This document shows, piece by piece, positions 10,060-20,464 of a stretch of DNA of 64,000 nt (position 1 is its first letter; the number at the start of each line of letters is the position of its first letter). The notes beneath the pieces were generated by a model. That model did no database searches, was not told the origin of the DNA, and was given only the letters and a program-made list of their open reading frames with translations. Source of the DNA: Candidatus Saccharimonadales bacterium (GTDB taxonomy: Bacteria > Patescibacteriota > Saccharimonadia > Saccharimonadales > JANWIN01); assembly GCA_038231155.1 (NCBI GenBank), contig JBBRLY010000013.1, positions 68,305 through 132,304 on the forward strand, read 5' to 3'. Both the position numbers and the translations under genes were made by a program.

Positions 10060-11037
10060 ATGAATAAAAGGATTGTATCGCGAACATTTGGGCTTATATT
10101 TGTTGCGGCGGTTGGCGTTGCTTGGTTACAGCATAACGCGATATATGACTGGCTACGTCTAAGAAACTATACACCGCCGCTAGCTGTTACTCAGCTGGCT
10201 GACACCGATTCGATGACGGCCTATGCTAGACATTTATTTTATGTCAACCGACCAGCTGTTCAAGTTAGGGGTGACTTTAACCTCAGTTGCCCAAACAATG
10301 GTGGTGAGCAGACCATAATTCTAGGTTGTTATCATTCTCACCAAACTGGTATATATGTATATTCCGTGACTGATGCCAAGCTAAATGGCGTAGAGGAAGT
10401 TACAGCGGCTCACGAGGACTTACATGCTATATACGACCGACTGAGTACTAAAGACCGTAATTACGTCAATAGCTTACTGCTAAGTTATTATCAGAATGAC
10501 CTACACGATCAAAGACTAATTGACACTATTGAAGCATATAAAAAAAGTGAGCCTAATGATGTAGTCAATGAAATGCATTCGGTATTTGGAACTGAAGCCA
10601 GTAATTTACCGCCAGCTTTAGAGCAATACTATAGTAAGTACTTTACAAATCGGGCAACCATAGTCAGTTACTCCCAGCAGTACGAACAGACTTTTACCAA
10701 CATGAAAGCTCAAGCTACTCAAGTTTCGGCTCAGATAAAAGACATTGAAAACCAGTTAAACAATTATAAGTCTCAAATCGATCAACTTCAGTCTAGTTTA
10801 ACGTCTGAACGTCAGTATTTAGAAAGCAACCGTGACACTTCTGATGTGGCTCAGTATAATTCTCGAGTTGATGCCTATAACACAAAACTAGCTAGTTATC
10901 AGAGTCTTATATCAACTTATAATAAACTTGTGGTACAGCATAACCAGCTTGTCAATCAGTATCAAGCGATTGCCGTAGAAACAAATCAACTTATCCAAGA
11001 GCTGAACAGTCGTACACCGACAGTTAGTGCTCCATAA
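10060..11037 (+). CDS. membrane-anchored hypothetical protein with HExxH motif and Q/N/S-rich coiled-coil tail
   Basis: N-terminal TM segment (FGLIFVAAVGVAWL), TAAHEDLHAIYD, and C-terminal heptad-like QLNNYKSQIDQLQSSL...NQLVNQYQ. Confidence 0.55.
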   Translation: MNKRIVSRTFGLIFVAAVGVAWLQHNAIYDWLRLRNYTPPLAVTQLADTDSMTAYARHLFYVNRPAVQVRGDFNLSCPNNGGEQTIILGCYHSHQTGIYVYSVTDAKLNGVEEVTAAHEDLHAIYDRLSTKDRNYVNSLLLSYYQNDLHDQRLIDTIEAYKKSEPNDVVNEMHSVFGTEASNLPPALEQYYSKYFTNRATIVSYSQQYEQTFTNMKAQATQVSAQIKDIENQLNNYKSQIDQLQSSLTSERQYLESNRDTSDVAQYNSRVDAYNTKLASYQSLISTYNKLVVQHNQLVNQYQAIAVETNQLIQELNSRTPTVSAP

Positions 11038-11056
11038 TTTGTTAAACTATTAAACG

Positions 11057-12409
11057 ATGGTGGCTAAGAAAATTACAGCTAATTTTGTTTGTAGTAATTG
11101 CGGCGCGATCAGTAGCAGCTGGTCTGGCCGATGCTTTCAATGTGGGGAGTGGAATACGCTTGAAGAACAAATTGATGTTGGCAGAAGTGGTAATATTTCA
11201 GGCGGACAAATTTTAAAAGCTCAAAATGTTTCTACATTGGCTCAAACTGAAGGCTTAAAACGGATTTCAAGCGGTATAAATGAGGTCGATACGGTTCTTG
11301 GTGGCGGCTTTGTAGCTGGAAGTGTTAGTTTGATTGCCGGTCAACCCGGTATAGGTAAAAGTACATTACTGTTACAAATAGCCGATAACGTTGCTAAATC
11401 CCATCCGGTTTTATATATAAGTGGTGAAGAATCCGCTCATCAGATAGGTTTAAGAGCTCAGCGTTTAGGGGCTGGACAGCTAAAGCTAAAACTAGCCACA
11501 ACCAGTAGTGGAGACGATATTGCGGCTACGGTCGCTGCAAAAGATTACAAGCTAGTAATTGTCGACTCAATTCAAACCATAACGATTAATGCGATAGCCT
11601 CAAGTGCCGGTACTGTAAGTCAAATTACTAATGCTACTAGATTACTGGCAGCAGCGGCTAAACAATCTGGCACAGCCCTGGTTTTAGTTGGGCATGTTAC
11701 GAAGGAAGGATCAATTGCGGGACCGAAAGTTTTAGAGCACGCAGTGGACGTGGTTTTACAACTTGAAGGCGAACGTTACGGTGGTTTTAAAGTATTACGC
11801 GGAGAGAAAAATCGCTACGGATCAACTAATGAAGCCGGAATTTTTGAGATGGTAGATAATGGTCTCAAAGCCGTAGACAACCCTTCAGCGGCACTGCTTG
11901 CTGAAAGGCAAGTAAGCGATGGATCGGTAGTTTTGGCCACCATCGAAGGAACTCGCCCATTGCTTGTGGAGGTTCAGGCACTGGTTAATCGAACAAACTA
12001 CGGTTATCCTAAACGGGCAGCTAGCGGACTAGATTTAAATCGTCTAAATTTGCTTATTGCAATGCTTGAGCGTCGAACAAAACTAAATTTAGCTGATCAA
12101 GATGTTTATCTTAATATAGTTGGCGGAATTCGGATAAATGAACCGGCGGCAGATCTGGCAGTTTGTTTGGCAATTGCCAGCGCCACCAGAGGTCTTCAGC
12201 TAAAACAAAATGCTGTTGTTTTTGGTGAAGTAGGGTTAGCTGGTGAGATTCGCCATGTGCCTTATATTGATAAAAGATTAGCCGAGGCTAAAAAACTTGG
12301 TTTTTCTGGAGCCATTGGTCCTAAGTTAAAATCTACTAAAAAGCCGCCCCAACTTTTCGAGGTAAAAGATATTAGACAAGCCCTAGATTTGTATTTAGAA
12401 AAAGACTAA
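11057..12409 (+). CDS. radA: DNA repair protein RadA/Sms
   Basis: N-terminal Cys4 zinc finger (CSNCGA...CFQCGEW), Walker A GQPGIGKST, KNRYG motif and a Lon-like C-terminus. Confidence 0.9.
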   Translation: MVAKKITANFVCSNCGAISSSWSGRCFQCGEWNTLEEQIDVGRSGNISGGQILKAQNVSTLAQTEGLKRISSGINEVDTVLGGGFVAGSVSLIAGQPGIGKSTLLLQIADNVAKSHPVLYISGEESAHQIGLRAQRLGAGQLKLKLATTSSGDDIAATVAAKDYKLVIVDSIQTITINAIASSAGTVSQITNATRLLAAAAKQSGTALVLVGHVTKEGSIAGPKVLEHAVDVVLQLEGERYGGFKVLRGEKNRYGSTNEAGIFEMVDNGLKAVDNPSAALLAERQVSDGSVVLATIEGTRPLLVEVQALVNRTNYGYPKRAASGLDLNRLNLLIAMLERRTKLNLADQDVYLNIVGGIRINEPAADLAVCLAIASATRGLQLKQNAVVFGEVGLAGEIRHVPYIDKRLAEAKKLGFSGAIGPKLKSTKKPPQLFEVKDIRQALDLYLEKD

Positions 12410-15400
12410 AGACTGTTTGAAGTGCCAATTAAATTAGCGCCATTATAGGCTTCAACTCTTATATCATGATCGCTGCCGCTAGGTAAGTTATAGGTAGTGT
12501 TACTAGTAGTAGCCGGTGATGAGCCAGCTCCTGGTCCACTCCAATAAACCTTATAGGAGGTAGCACCATTTACAGAGTCCCAAGTTAATAAAGTTCCAGT
12601 CTTACTAACTGTAAAACTATTGCTTCCACTATTTCCAAAGTTAATACTAACCGGATTTGAACTAGCATCGTATAGAACACTATCGATAACTTTAACACTA
12701 ACTTGGTGAGTGCCAGTTGTCGAATAGTTGAAGGTTGCACTAGTACCGGCTTGAACCGTTTTAACGACACTATTGTCGACAAGTAGATTAACGCTCCCTG
12801 AACCGGGCACAGCAGCGTACTTAGGATCAGTTAGAGGGTGGGTCCCGGCACTAATACTAGCTACTATAGTGCATGGGCTGCTACAGTCTCCAGCTCCTGC
12901 ATTACCGTTAAATGTTACATTATCAACACTTGGCCGGGCATCTGTACATAGATGTACGTCATCGGTTTGATTGCCACTTCCGCCGCCGCCATTCACAAAT
13001 ATATCAACTGAAAAAGCATTGGAATTAGAATTACCATCGGTTTTACGCGCTAGTGATGGAGTACAGTCAGTAGCAAGTTTATTGCTGACTATATCTACCG
13101 GTTTGTTAGCATTCTGTTGATTAGTATTTCCTTGATACCATGAAGGAAATATGTCAGTACTAGGACTAGGCTCAATGGAACCTACTCCGACATGTCCCCG
13201 CACAACAAAGGCTGGAGCAGTTTTAATATCAGCCGGTTTTGTCCAAATCACCGGTTGAGTATGTAAATCATCAAGAGCGGCGGTCATAAAACCTCTTGTC
13301 AAAGGTGTAGTTAATACTTCCATAAACCCACTCAAGGCTTTATTACGAGTATGATCACCTACCCAGCTGCCGACCGCATATTGAGTATTCCAAGCCATCA
13401 TCAATCCATCAAAACCATTGTTTGTTGTACCGGTTTTAACAGCTGTGTGCCAGCCATTATAACGATGCCATTTGTAATAACCTGTAGGCAAATAGCTAGC
13501 ATTAGGGTCAGAGGCCATGTCATCAACAATGTAAGCTGAGTCCTGACGGATTACTTGTGTTCCTGTTGGTTGTTTCCATGTGTAAAGCGGTTTACCGCCA
13601 GCATCTTCAATTTTTAGGATGTAAGTAGCCGGTATGGCTTGTCCCATGCGCGCAAGTGTAGCTAATCCATTTACATGGTTATCGAGGTGCAGATAAGCTC
13701 CGTCTCCAATAGCCGATGCACCATAACATTGCGCTTCGTCAGCAGCAGTCGCAATATTAACATCAACCCCCGGGTTATAACATTTATAACCGCCTGAAAC
13801 ATCCATCATACTGTCGGCAGTTTTAATAACGTTATTGGTACCTGGAATTAGCATTGCTTTAACAGCAGGAACGTTACGAGACCCACCTAAAGCATAGCGA
13901 AGGGTCAAAGGACCAGGATATCGAAAATCATAATCTTCTAAGCAATTACCTTTGCCTTTTGGTGGCGGTAAACCTTTAACTGTACACGGATAACCCGGTA
14001 GCGCTACCTGAGCATCATATAAAACTGATCCTGCCCCAACGTTAGTGCCTTTATCTATTAAAGTCGAATAGTCGTATGGTTTGAAACTTGAACCTGGAGA
14101 AATATTCCACTGGGCATAGTTTATTTTGCCGTGATCTGGATTATTAAAATCTGTACCACCAACTAGAGCAATCATTTGACCGGTCTTAACATCTTCGGCG
14201 GCTATAGCTTCTTCATCAGCACCGTGAGAGTGGGCATTAGGTAGATTACTTTGGACTACTTTTTCGGCAATTGCCTGTAAATTCATATCTACGGTGGTCG
14301 TCACTTTCCAACCACCTCGGTTTACAATCGTAGCGCCATATTTTTTCTCAAGTTCGCTTTTAGCAGATAGAGCAAAATAGGGTGCTTTAATTCCGGCAAA
14401 TTTTGTTTCTGGTTTGTGAATTTTGGCAATTATATCTACTTTTTTTGCTGCTTCTGCATCATTTTTGGAAATATAACCTTGAGCGACCATCAAATCCAAA
14501 ATATATTGCTGGCGATTTACTAAATCTTTTTTATCATAATATGGTCCGTACGGTGAATATACGGCTGGCGATTTTGGTATAGCGGCCAAAAAAGCTGCTT
14601 CATCAAGCGTTAGGTCTTTAGCAGATTTTTGGAAATAATCGCGTGAAGCGGCCTCAACACCATATTCAATGTTTCCATAAGGCGCAGTGTTTAAATAATA
14701 AGTTAGGATATCTGATTTAGAATATTCTCGTTCAAGTTCGACGGCTAAGATTAACTCTTTAACTTTACGGGTTATTGTTCGCTGCTGACCCCAATTTTGG
14801 GTAAGTTTAACTAGTTGTTCAGTAATTGTAGAACCACCCTGCGTTGCCCCTTTTCCTAAGGCATCATTAAAACCAGCGCGCACAATACCGCGAACATCAA
14901 AACCACCATGTTTATAGAAATCCTTATCTTCAACAGCTACTGTAGCGTTGCGTATGTTTTGGGCGATATCCGGGGTTTTTACCGGAATACGCTTAACGGC
15001 ATCGTAGTCTTGCCATAAAAGTGTTTGGCCGGTTCGGTCATAGTAGCGAATACTGCCTCCAATATTACTACCAGAAACATCAGTAATACTGGATAAATCC
15101 TTACGAAAATATGCAAATAATGCCAGTAAAACTACAAAGCCAATTACAAAACCTATACCTAATATCTTAAGTGCCATAATGGCGCCATCACGGCTGAACC
15201 AATAATGGTACATGCGGATTGGCTGAAAGTGATACAAAAATCGCTTTAATCGTGATTTAGGTAAATTTGCTTTACGTTCGGCACGGCGGCGCTGGGCCGC
15301 ATCTTTTCGTGCCACCCACTTCTCGGTTATGTTGCGATGTATTTTAAAAGTATTGCCGCTTTTAGTTGTAAACTGGTTTTTTGATCGACGGCGTCCACTA

Positions 15401-15417
15401 TTTCTGGAAGGACTCAT
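12406..15417 (-). CDS. class A penicillin-binding protein (glycosyltransferase GT51 + transpeptidase) with long C-terminal beta-rich extension
   Basis: EDKDFYKHGGFD...GGSTITEQLVK is the GT51 signature. A transpeptidase region follows. The last ~250 aa are Ser/Thr/Gly/Asn-rich with an FN3-like end (LTWDSVNGATSYKVYW). SD AAGGAG lies upstream. Confidence 0.85.
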   Translation of the reverse strand: MSPSRNSGRRRSKNQFTTKSGNTFKIHRNITEKWVARKDAAQRRRAERKANLPKSRLKRFLYHFQPIRMYHYWFSRDGAIMALKILGIGFVIGFVVLLALFAYFRKDLSSITDVSGSNIGGSIRYYDRTGQTLLWQDYDAVKRIPVKTPDIAQNIRNATVAVEDKDFYKHGGFDVRGIVRAGFNDALGKGATQGGSTITEQLVKLTQNWGQQRTITRKVKELILAVELEREYSKSDILTYYLNTAPYGNIEYGVEAASRDYFQKSAKDLTLDEAAFLAAIPKSPAVYSPYGPYYDKKDLVNRQQYILDLMVAQGYISKNDAEAAKKVDIIAKIHKPETKFAGIKAPYFALSAKSELEKKYGATIVNRGGWKVTTTVDMNLQAIAEKVVQSNLPNAHSHGADEEAIAAEDVKTGQMIALVGGTDFNNPDHGKINYAQWNISPGSSFKPYDYSTLIDKGTNVGAGSVLYDAQVALPGYPCTVKGLPPPKGKGNCLEDYDFRYPGPLTLRYALGGSRNVPAVKAMLIPGTNNVIKTADSMMDVSGGYKCYNPGVDVNIATAADEAQCYGASAIGDGAYLHLDNHVNGLATLARMGQAIPATYILKIEDAGGKPLYTWKQPTGTQVIRQDSAYIVDDMASDPNASYLPTGYYKWHRYNGWHTAVKTGTTNNGFDGLMMAWNTQYAVGSWVGDHTRNKALSGFMEVLTTPLTRGFMTAALDDLHTQPVIWTKPADIKTAPAFVVRGHVGVGSIEPSPSTDIFPSWYQGNTNQQNANKPVDIVSNKLATDCTPSLARKTDGNSNSNAFSVDIFVNGGGGSGNQTDDVHLCTDARPSVDNVTFNGNAGAGDCSSPCTIVASISAGTHPLTDPKYAAVPGSGSVNLLVDNSVVKTVQAGTSATFNYSTTGTHQVSVKVIDSVLYDASSNPVSINFGNSGSNSFTVSKTGTLLTWDSVNGATSYKVYWSGPGAGSSPATTSNTTYNLPSGSDHDIRVEAYNGANLIGTSNSL

Positions 15418-15536
15418 ATACGGTCACAAACTCCTTATGTAGATAATCTGTATTATAGCAAATTGTAGCTTAAACAATGCCAAAAACGTTTAGCATTATG
15501 GAGCCTAGTGAACGATGAGTTATACTCATATTTAGT

Positions 15537-16787
15537 ATGTCTAAATTGTCTCTGTCACAAGAACTAAAGTGGCGTGGGTTTGTGAATCAAACTACCTTTG
15601 CAAATTTAAACGAACTTGATACAAAAAAGTGGAACTTTTACCACGGCTACGACGCCGCCTCGGCCGATTCCTTGACGATTGGTAATTTGGCAGCCGTGAT
15701 GTTAGATAGGACATTTATCCGCCATGGGCATCATCCAGTTATTTTGTCAGGTGGTGCAACATCCTTAATTGGAGACCCAGGAGGCAAAGACGCTGAGCGT
15801 CAACTACAAGCCGAAGCAGATGTTAATCGGAACGTTAAGGCCGTTCAGGTTCAGCTAGAACATCTATTTAATCGCAAAATAGATATGGTGAATAATTTAA
15901 GTTGGCTTAAAGACCTGACTGTACTTGATTTTCTACGTGATATTGGAAAACATTTTAGTATGACTCCACTTGTGCAACGCGATTATATTGCCAATCGAAT
16001 GAATGAAGGTGGGGCTGGGATAAGCTATACAGAGTTTAGTTATACACTATTACAAGGTTACGATTTTTTGCATTTACACCAGAAAAATGCTGTAAATTTG
16101 CAACTTGCTGGCAGTGACCAGTGGGGCAATTCGTTATCGGGAGTTGATTTAGTCCGCAAGGTGACCGGCAAAGAAGTCCATGCCTTAACCATGCCGCTAA
16201 TTTTAGATAAATCAACAGGTAAAAAATTTGGCAAAAGCGAAGCCGGAGCTATATGGTTAGATGCTAAAAAAACTAGCACATATCAGTTTTATCAGTTTTG
16301 GTTAAACGTTGATGACGATAGTGTCAGCGATTATTTGAAAATCTTTACTGAACTAGATAAGGTAGAAATTGCTAACATCATGGTTAGTTTTGAAAAAGAT
16401 AAACCTAACCGTGTAGCCCAAAAGCAACTGGCGTTTGAAGTAACTAAAATGGTACACGGGGAGCTGGTGGCCGAAAGTCAAAAGCGAATTGCTGACGTGC
16501 TATTTGGTAACAGTGATTATCTAGAACTCGGTATTAAAGACTTTGAAAACCTGGCCACAGAATTGCCTGTTGCCACTGTTCCTAAAGATATGCAAATCGA
16601 TAATTTAATAGATGCGATTGTTAAAACTAATTTAGCTAGTTCCAAAACTGAGGCCCGCCGATTTCTAAGTACCGGTGCTATTTATGTTAACAACCAACAA
16701 ATGCCTCACGATTTTCACTTTATGGATGGCTACGCTGTAATTCGGCGTGGTAAAAATAAACAAGCCATCCTAAAATTAAACAACTAG
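15537..16787 (+). CDS. tyrS: tyrosyl-tRNA synthetase
   Basis: Class I pattern (YHGYDAASADSLTIGNL, KFGKS) and a C-terminal S4-like domain. Confidence 0.9.
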   Translation: MSKLSLSQELKWRGFVNQTTFANLNELDTKKWNFYHGYDAASADSLTIGNLAAVMLDRTFIRHGHHPVILSGGATSLIGDPGGKDAERQLQAEADVNRNVKAVQVQLEHLFNRKIDMVNNLSWLKDLTVLDFLRDIGKHFSMTPLVQRDYIANRMNEGGAGISYTEFSYTLLQGYDFLHLHQKNAVNLQLAGSDQWGNSLSGVDLVRKVTGKEVHALTMPLILDKSTGKKFGKSEAGAIWLDAKKTSTYQFYQFWLNVDDDSVSDYLKIFTELDKVEIANIMVSFEKDKPNRVAQKQLAFEVTKMVHGELVAESQKRIADVLFGNSDYLELGIKDFENLATELPVATVPKDMQIDNLIDAIVKTNLASSKTEARRFLSTGAIYVNNQQMPHDFHFMDGYAVIRRGKNKQAILKLNN

Positions 16788-16810
16788 GACCGTGTTATAC
16801 TCATCACGTT

Positions 16811-17578
16811 ATGGTCATAACCGCTGCTAAAAAAGCCACACATTACAATGATCCAAATTTTAATTACGCTGATTATTGGGAAGGCCGCAGTTATGAAAAC
16901 GGAGCTGAACTACTAGCAATTGACAAATTTTTAAAGGATAAACATTTTAAGGTGGCCGTAGATGTCGGCGGCGGGTATGGTCGTCTGAGCAAAGCGCTAA
17001 CCAAATATGCCGATAAAGTAATACTAGCCGAACCATCTAAGCAGCAACTTGAGTTGGCCGAACAATTTCTAAAGGATTACCCTAAGATCGACCGCCAACT
17101 GCTGCAGGCCAATAGTTTAAAATTTCCGAAAGGATCAGTTGATCTTGTCACTATGGTACGGGTAATGCATCACTTACCAGACCCTAGCATTGAGTTTAAA
17201 GAAATTCATCGAATTTTAAATGATGATGGCTATTTTGTGCTGGAAGTAGCAAATTACGGTCATGCTCGTAACCGGCTAAGATATTTTATTACTAACAAAC
17301 CGCTACCTACTGAACCAGTAGATATTAGATCAGCAAAGAATAAGAAGAAAGACGCAATTGCTTTTGTTAACCACAATCCTAAAACTGTTATTAAACAATT
17401 AGCTCACGCCGGTTTTAAAGTAGAACGAACATTATCTGTATCAAACTTACGGTCAACGCTGTTAAAAAGATTTATGCCGCGGCCGAGTATGTTGATGATT
17501 GAAAATATCTTACAAGTACCCCTTACCAAAACCTACTTTGGGCCAAGTATATTTTTTCTGGTCAAAAAAGCTCAGTAG
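16811..17578 (+). CDS. class I SAM-dependent methyltransferase
   Basis: VAVDVGGGYGRLS motif I and a downstream acidic motif II pattern. Confidence 0.7.
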   Translation: MVITAAKKATHYNDPNFNYADYWEGRSYENGAELLAIDKFLKDKHFKVAVDVGGGYGRLSKALTKYADKVILAEPSKQQLELAEQFLKDYPKIDRQLLQANSLKFPKGSVDLVTMVRVMHHLPDPSIEFKEIHRILNDDGYFVLEVANYGHARNRLRYFITNKPLPTEPVDIRSAKNKKKDAIAFVNHNPKTVIKQLAHAGFKVERTLSVSNLRSTLLKRFMPRPSMLMIENILQVPLTKTYFGPSIFFLVKKAQ

Positions 17579-17598
17579 TATAACTTATACTGATTGCT

Positions 17599-19632
17599 AT
17601 GACGCTAGACAGTCCTTTGACTAGTATTAAGGGTGTAGGTGCGGAGTTAGCTAAGAAGTTTAGTAATTTAAATATTCACGATGTAGGCGAGCTGATAAAT
17701 TACTACCCACGTCGATATGACGATTACTCGCTTATCCAAAGGGTATCTCAAATTCGTCCCGGAGTTGTTACCATTAAAGCCGTTATTAAACAAGCAAGGG
17801 GACGATATGTTCGGCGCGGACTTCATATTACTGAAGCCATAGCCAGCGACGAGACAGGTAGCGTCCGGTTAGTCTGGTTTAACCAACCATATAGAGCAAC
17901 CGCTATAAAGCCGGATATCGAATATTATATATCCGGTCAATTTGAACTTTCTTATAGACGTTTATCAATAATGAATCCGTCGATGGAGCTAGTTAGTGAC
18001 TTTCCGATTAATACAGCTCGAATTGTTCCAATATATAAGCAAATAAAGGGTTTCAAATCTACCGATATTCGAAAAGCCATTAGGTCAGTCTCAAACTTAA
18101 TCGAATCCTTACCCGAAACTTTACCAAGCTGGATTATTAAAGATCAAAAGTTAATGGATTACAACAAAGCCGTATTTAATATTCATTTTCCCGGTAAGTC
18201 TAACGATCTTGTAAGAGCCAAGCAGCGACTAGGCTTTGAGGAGGTTTTTGAACTAGTTTTGGCAGCACTTTTAAATAAGTACGAACTACTGAAAGAAAAG
18301 TCAGTCGTAGTTCCGTTTAAACAAAGTTTAGCAAGGCAGTTTGTAAGTCATTTACCATTTCAGCTGACGGCTGCTCAACGTAAGGTAGTCTGGCGGATTT
18401 ATCAGGACCTAGAAAAGACTCAGCCCATGAACAGATTAGTAGAAGGTGATGTTGGTAGTGGTAAAACTGTCGTAGCAACAATGGCAGCTCTCATGGCCAT
18501 GGAGCAAAGTTATCAGGTCGCTTTTATGGCTCCTACAGAACTACTAGCTAGGCAACACGCTAACACCATTCATAGTTTATTAAAACCACTTGGCTTTGAT
18601 AATCAGGTAGGATTATTAGTAGGCAGTTTAAGCCAGTCTCGTAAAAGTCAGGCATATAAGCGCATTAAAAGTGGCGACATTAGAATGATTATTGGCACAC
18701 AAGCTTTAATTGCTGAAAAAGTCGATATGCCTAAATTAGGACTAATCATTATCGATGAGCAACATCGCTTTGGAGTTGAGCAGCGCAAAAAGTTACAAGC
18801 CAAAGCCGGACACATGCCCCACGTCCTGTCTATGACTGCTACCCCGATCCCTCGTAGCTTAGCTCTTACCCTTTATGGTGAACTAGACATTTCAGTCATT
18901 GATTCCAAACCAACCAACCGAAAATCAGTCGTCACCAGTATAATTTCACCGAATTCCAGAGCTCAGCTATACGACAAAATTGACAAAGAATTATCTAGTG
19001 GACGGCAAATGTTTGTTGTTTGCCCACAAATACATGAATCGGATATTGCTTCAGGTACATCGGTTGAGTCGGCATACGATCAAATTAAAAAAGTATTTAA
19101 TAATATACGCGTAGGTTTAATCCATGGACAGCAGAAATCCGATATAAAAAACCAAAGTATGGCCGATTTCGCTTCTCAAAAGCTAGATATTTTAGTTTCT
19201 ACAACCGTTATTGAAGTCGGTGTGGATGTGCCAAATGCCACTATAATGTTAATTGAAAATGCTGAACGATTCGGACTTGCTCAAATCCATCAGCTACGTG
19301 GTCGTGTCGGACGAAGCGCACACCAAGGATATTGTTATCTAATACCAAGTGACTCCAAGGCTCCAAGTAGCCGCTTGAGAGCCTTAGAAAGTTCGACTGA
19401 TGGTTTTGCTTTAGCTGAACTAGATTTGAAGTTGAGGGGCCCTGGGGCAATTTATGGATCTTTGCAGCATGGCCAGCTCGATTTAAGAATAGCAAATTTG
19501 ACAGATACAAAACTGATTTCTGCAGCCCGGCAGGCGGCTCAGCAGTTTATAGATAAGAGCGAAAATCTGCTAAAATATAAACAGTTGCACAGTCAGGTTA
19601 AGAAACTCAGGGCTGTTACAAATTTAAACTAA
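17599..19632 (+). CDS. recG: ATP-dependent DNA helicase RecG
   Basis: Wedge/OB N-terminus and helicase motifs GDVGSGKT, DEQHRFG, TATPIPRS, QLRGRVGR. Confidence 0.9.
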   Translation: MTLDSPLTSIKGVGAELAKKFSNLNIHDVGELINYYPRRYDDYSLIQRVSQIRPGVVTIKAVIKQARGRYVRRGLHITEAIASDETGSVRLVWFNQPYRATAIKPDIEYYISGQFELSYRRLSIMNPSMELVSDFPINTARIVPIYKQIKGFKSTDIRKAIRSVSNLIESLPETLPSWIIKDQKLMDYNKAVFNIHFPGKSNDLVRAKQRLGFEEVFELVLAALLNKYELLKEKSVVVPFKQSLARQFVSHLPFQLTAAQRKVVWRIYQDLEKTQPMNRLVEGDVGSGKTVVATMAALMAMEQSYQVAFMAPTELLARQHANTIHSLLKPLGFDNQVGLLVGSLSQSRKSQAYKRIKSGDIRMIIGTQALIAEKVDMPKLGLIIIDEQHRFGVEQRKKLQAKAGHMPHVLSMTATPIPRSLALTLYGELDISVIDSKPTNRKSVVTSIISPNSRAQLYDKIDKELSSGRQMFVVCPQIHESDIASGTSVESAYDQIKKVFNNIRVGLIHGQQKSDIKNQSMADFASQKLDILVSTTVIEVGVDVPNATIMLIENAERFGLAQIHQLRGRVGRSAHQGYCYLIPSDSKAPSSRLRALESSTDGFALAELDLKLRGPGAIYGSLQHGQLDLRIANLTDTKLISAARQAAQQFIDKSENLLKYKQLHSQVKKLRAVTNLN

Positions 19633-19639
19633 AACTTTT

Positions 19640-20464
19640 ATGTACAGCGGCACAACATTAACAAAATTATCTGGGCGGGTTATGGGTGCTCATCAAAAAA
19701 TTGATAGTGTTGCTCGTCGCCATTTAGCAAAACTAACTCACGAAAACGGTGTTCGAATATTTCCACCAATACGCAAAATTCTGCAATTTGAAGGTAAAAA
19801 CGGGCCAGACGGCATTAAACGCAAAAGTCCTGCCCGTGATGAACCTTGGCATTTTTATAGCCCCTTTAACGATAGCGATTCACAACTAGCTGAATTAATC
19901 CGTGATCACTACAGGTTACTTGTAAAACATTTAAGAGCTGAGAATAAGGAGCGGGCCGCCTTTGAAGCAGCTTGGCTGGCTCATGCTCTGGTTGATGGAT
20001 TAACTCCTGCCCATCATTATCCTTATGCCGAGGAATTGTCTGACATTCGCGGCATTACAGAGGCCAGAAAGACCGTTAAAGAAAAATTGGTTATGCCTGG
20101 TGATACTACAGGGCAACGGGTCAGAAGAAATTGGAAGTTTTGGGGCCCTAAAGGTTTATTCTCTACTCATGGATTATTTGAGGTGGGCATTGCCTCTATT
20201 ATAAAACCTTTATCGTTTAACGACGCCATGCCTACAGCCAATGACATCAAAAAGATAAAAAATATTGGCACTGTCGAATGGTTTATGCGTACTGCCAGGG
20301 AGATTGCCATTCTGGACATGTATAAGCGTTATTATCGTCGAGGCTGGACTACTCGTTTAACACTTGATGTTCGTAATAAACTAATGCCAGCCATCATTAA
20401 AACTGTTACTTTAACTTGGTACTGTGCTTTATACGACGCTGGACTGCTTAAAAAGTCCAAATGA
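19640..20464 (+). CDS. hypothetical protein (possibly zinc phospholipase C / P1-nuclease-like fold)
   Basis: His-rich motifs GAHQKI, DEPWHFY, AWLAHALVDGLTPAHH. The functional assignment is weak. Confidence 0.5.
   Translation: MYSGTTLTKLSGRVMGAHQKIDSVARRHLAKLTHENGVRIFPPIRKILQFEGKNGPDGIKRKSPARDEPWHFYSPFNDSDSQLAELIRDHYRLLVKHLRAENKERAAFEAAWLAHALVDGLTPAHHYPYAEELSDIRGITEARKTVKEKLVMPGDTTGQRVRRNWKFWGPKGLFSTHGLFEVGIASIIKPLSFNDAMPTANDIKKIKNIGTVEWFMRTAREIAILDMYKRYYRRGWTTRLTLDVRNKLMPAIIKTVTLTWYCALYDAGLLKKSK

Noticed and set aside
15418-15536. T-box riboswitch leaders upstream of tyrS (15418-15536), hisS (22391-22493) and trpS (56352-56359).
   Set aside because: The upstream gaps are 119, 103 and 8 nt, and -10 boxes sit within about 10 nt of the start codons. 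There is no room for a ~200-nt T-box, and I saw no T-box or specifier motif.
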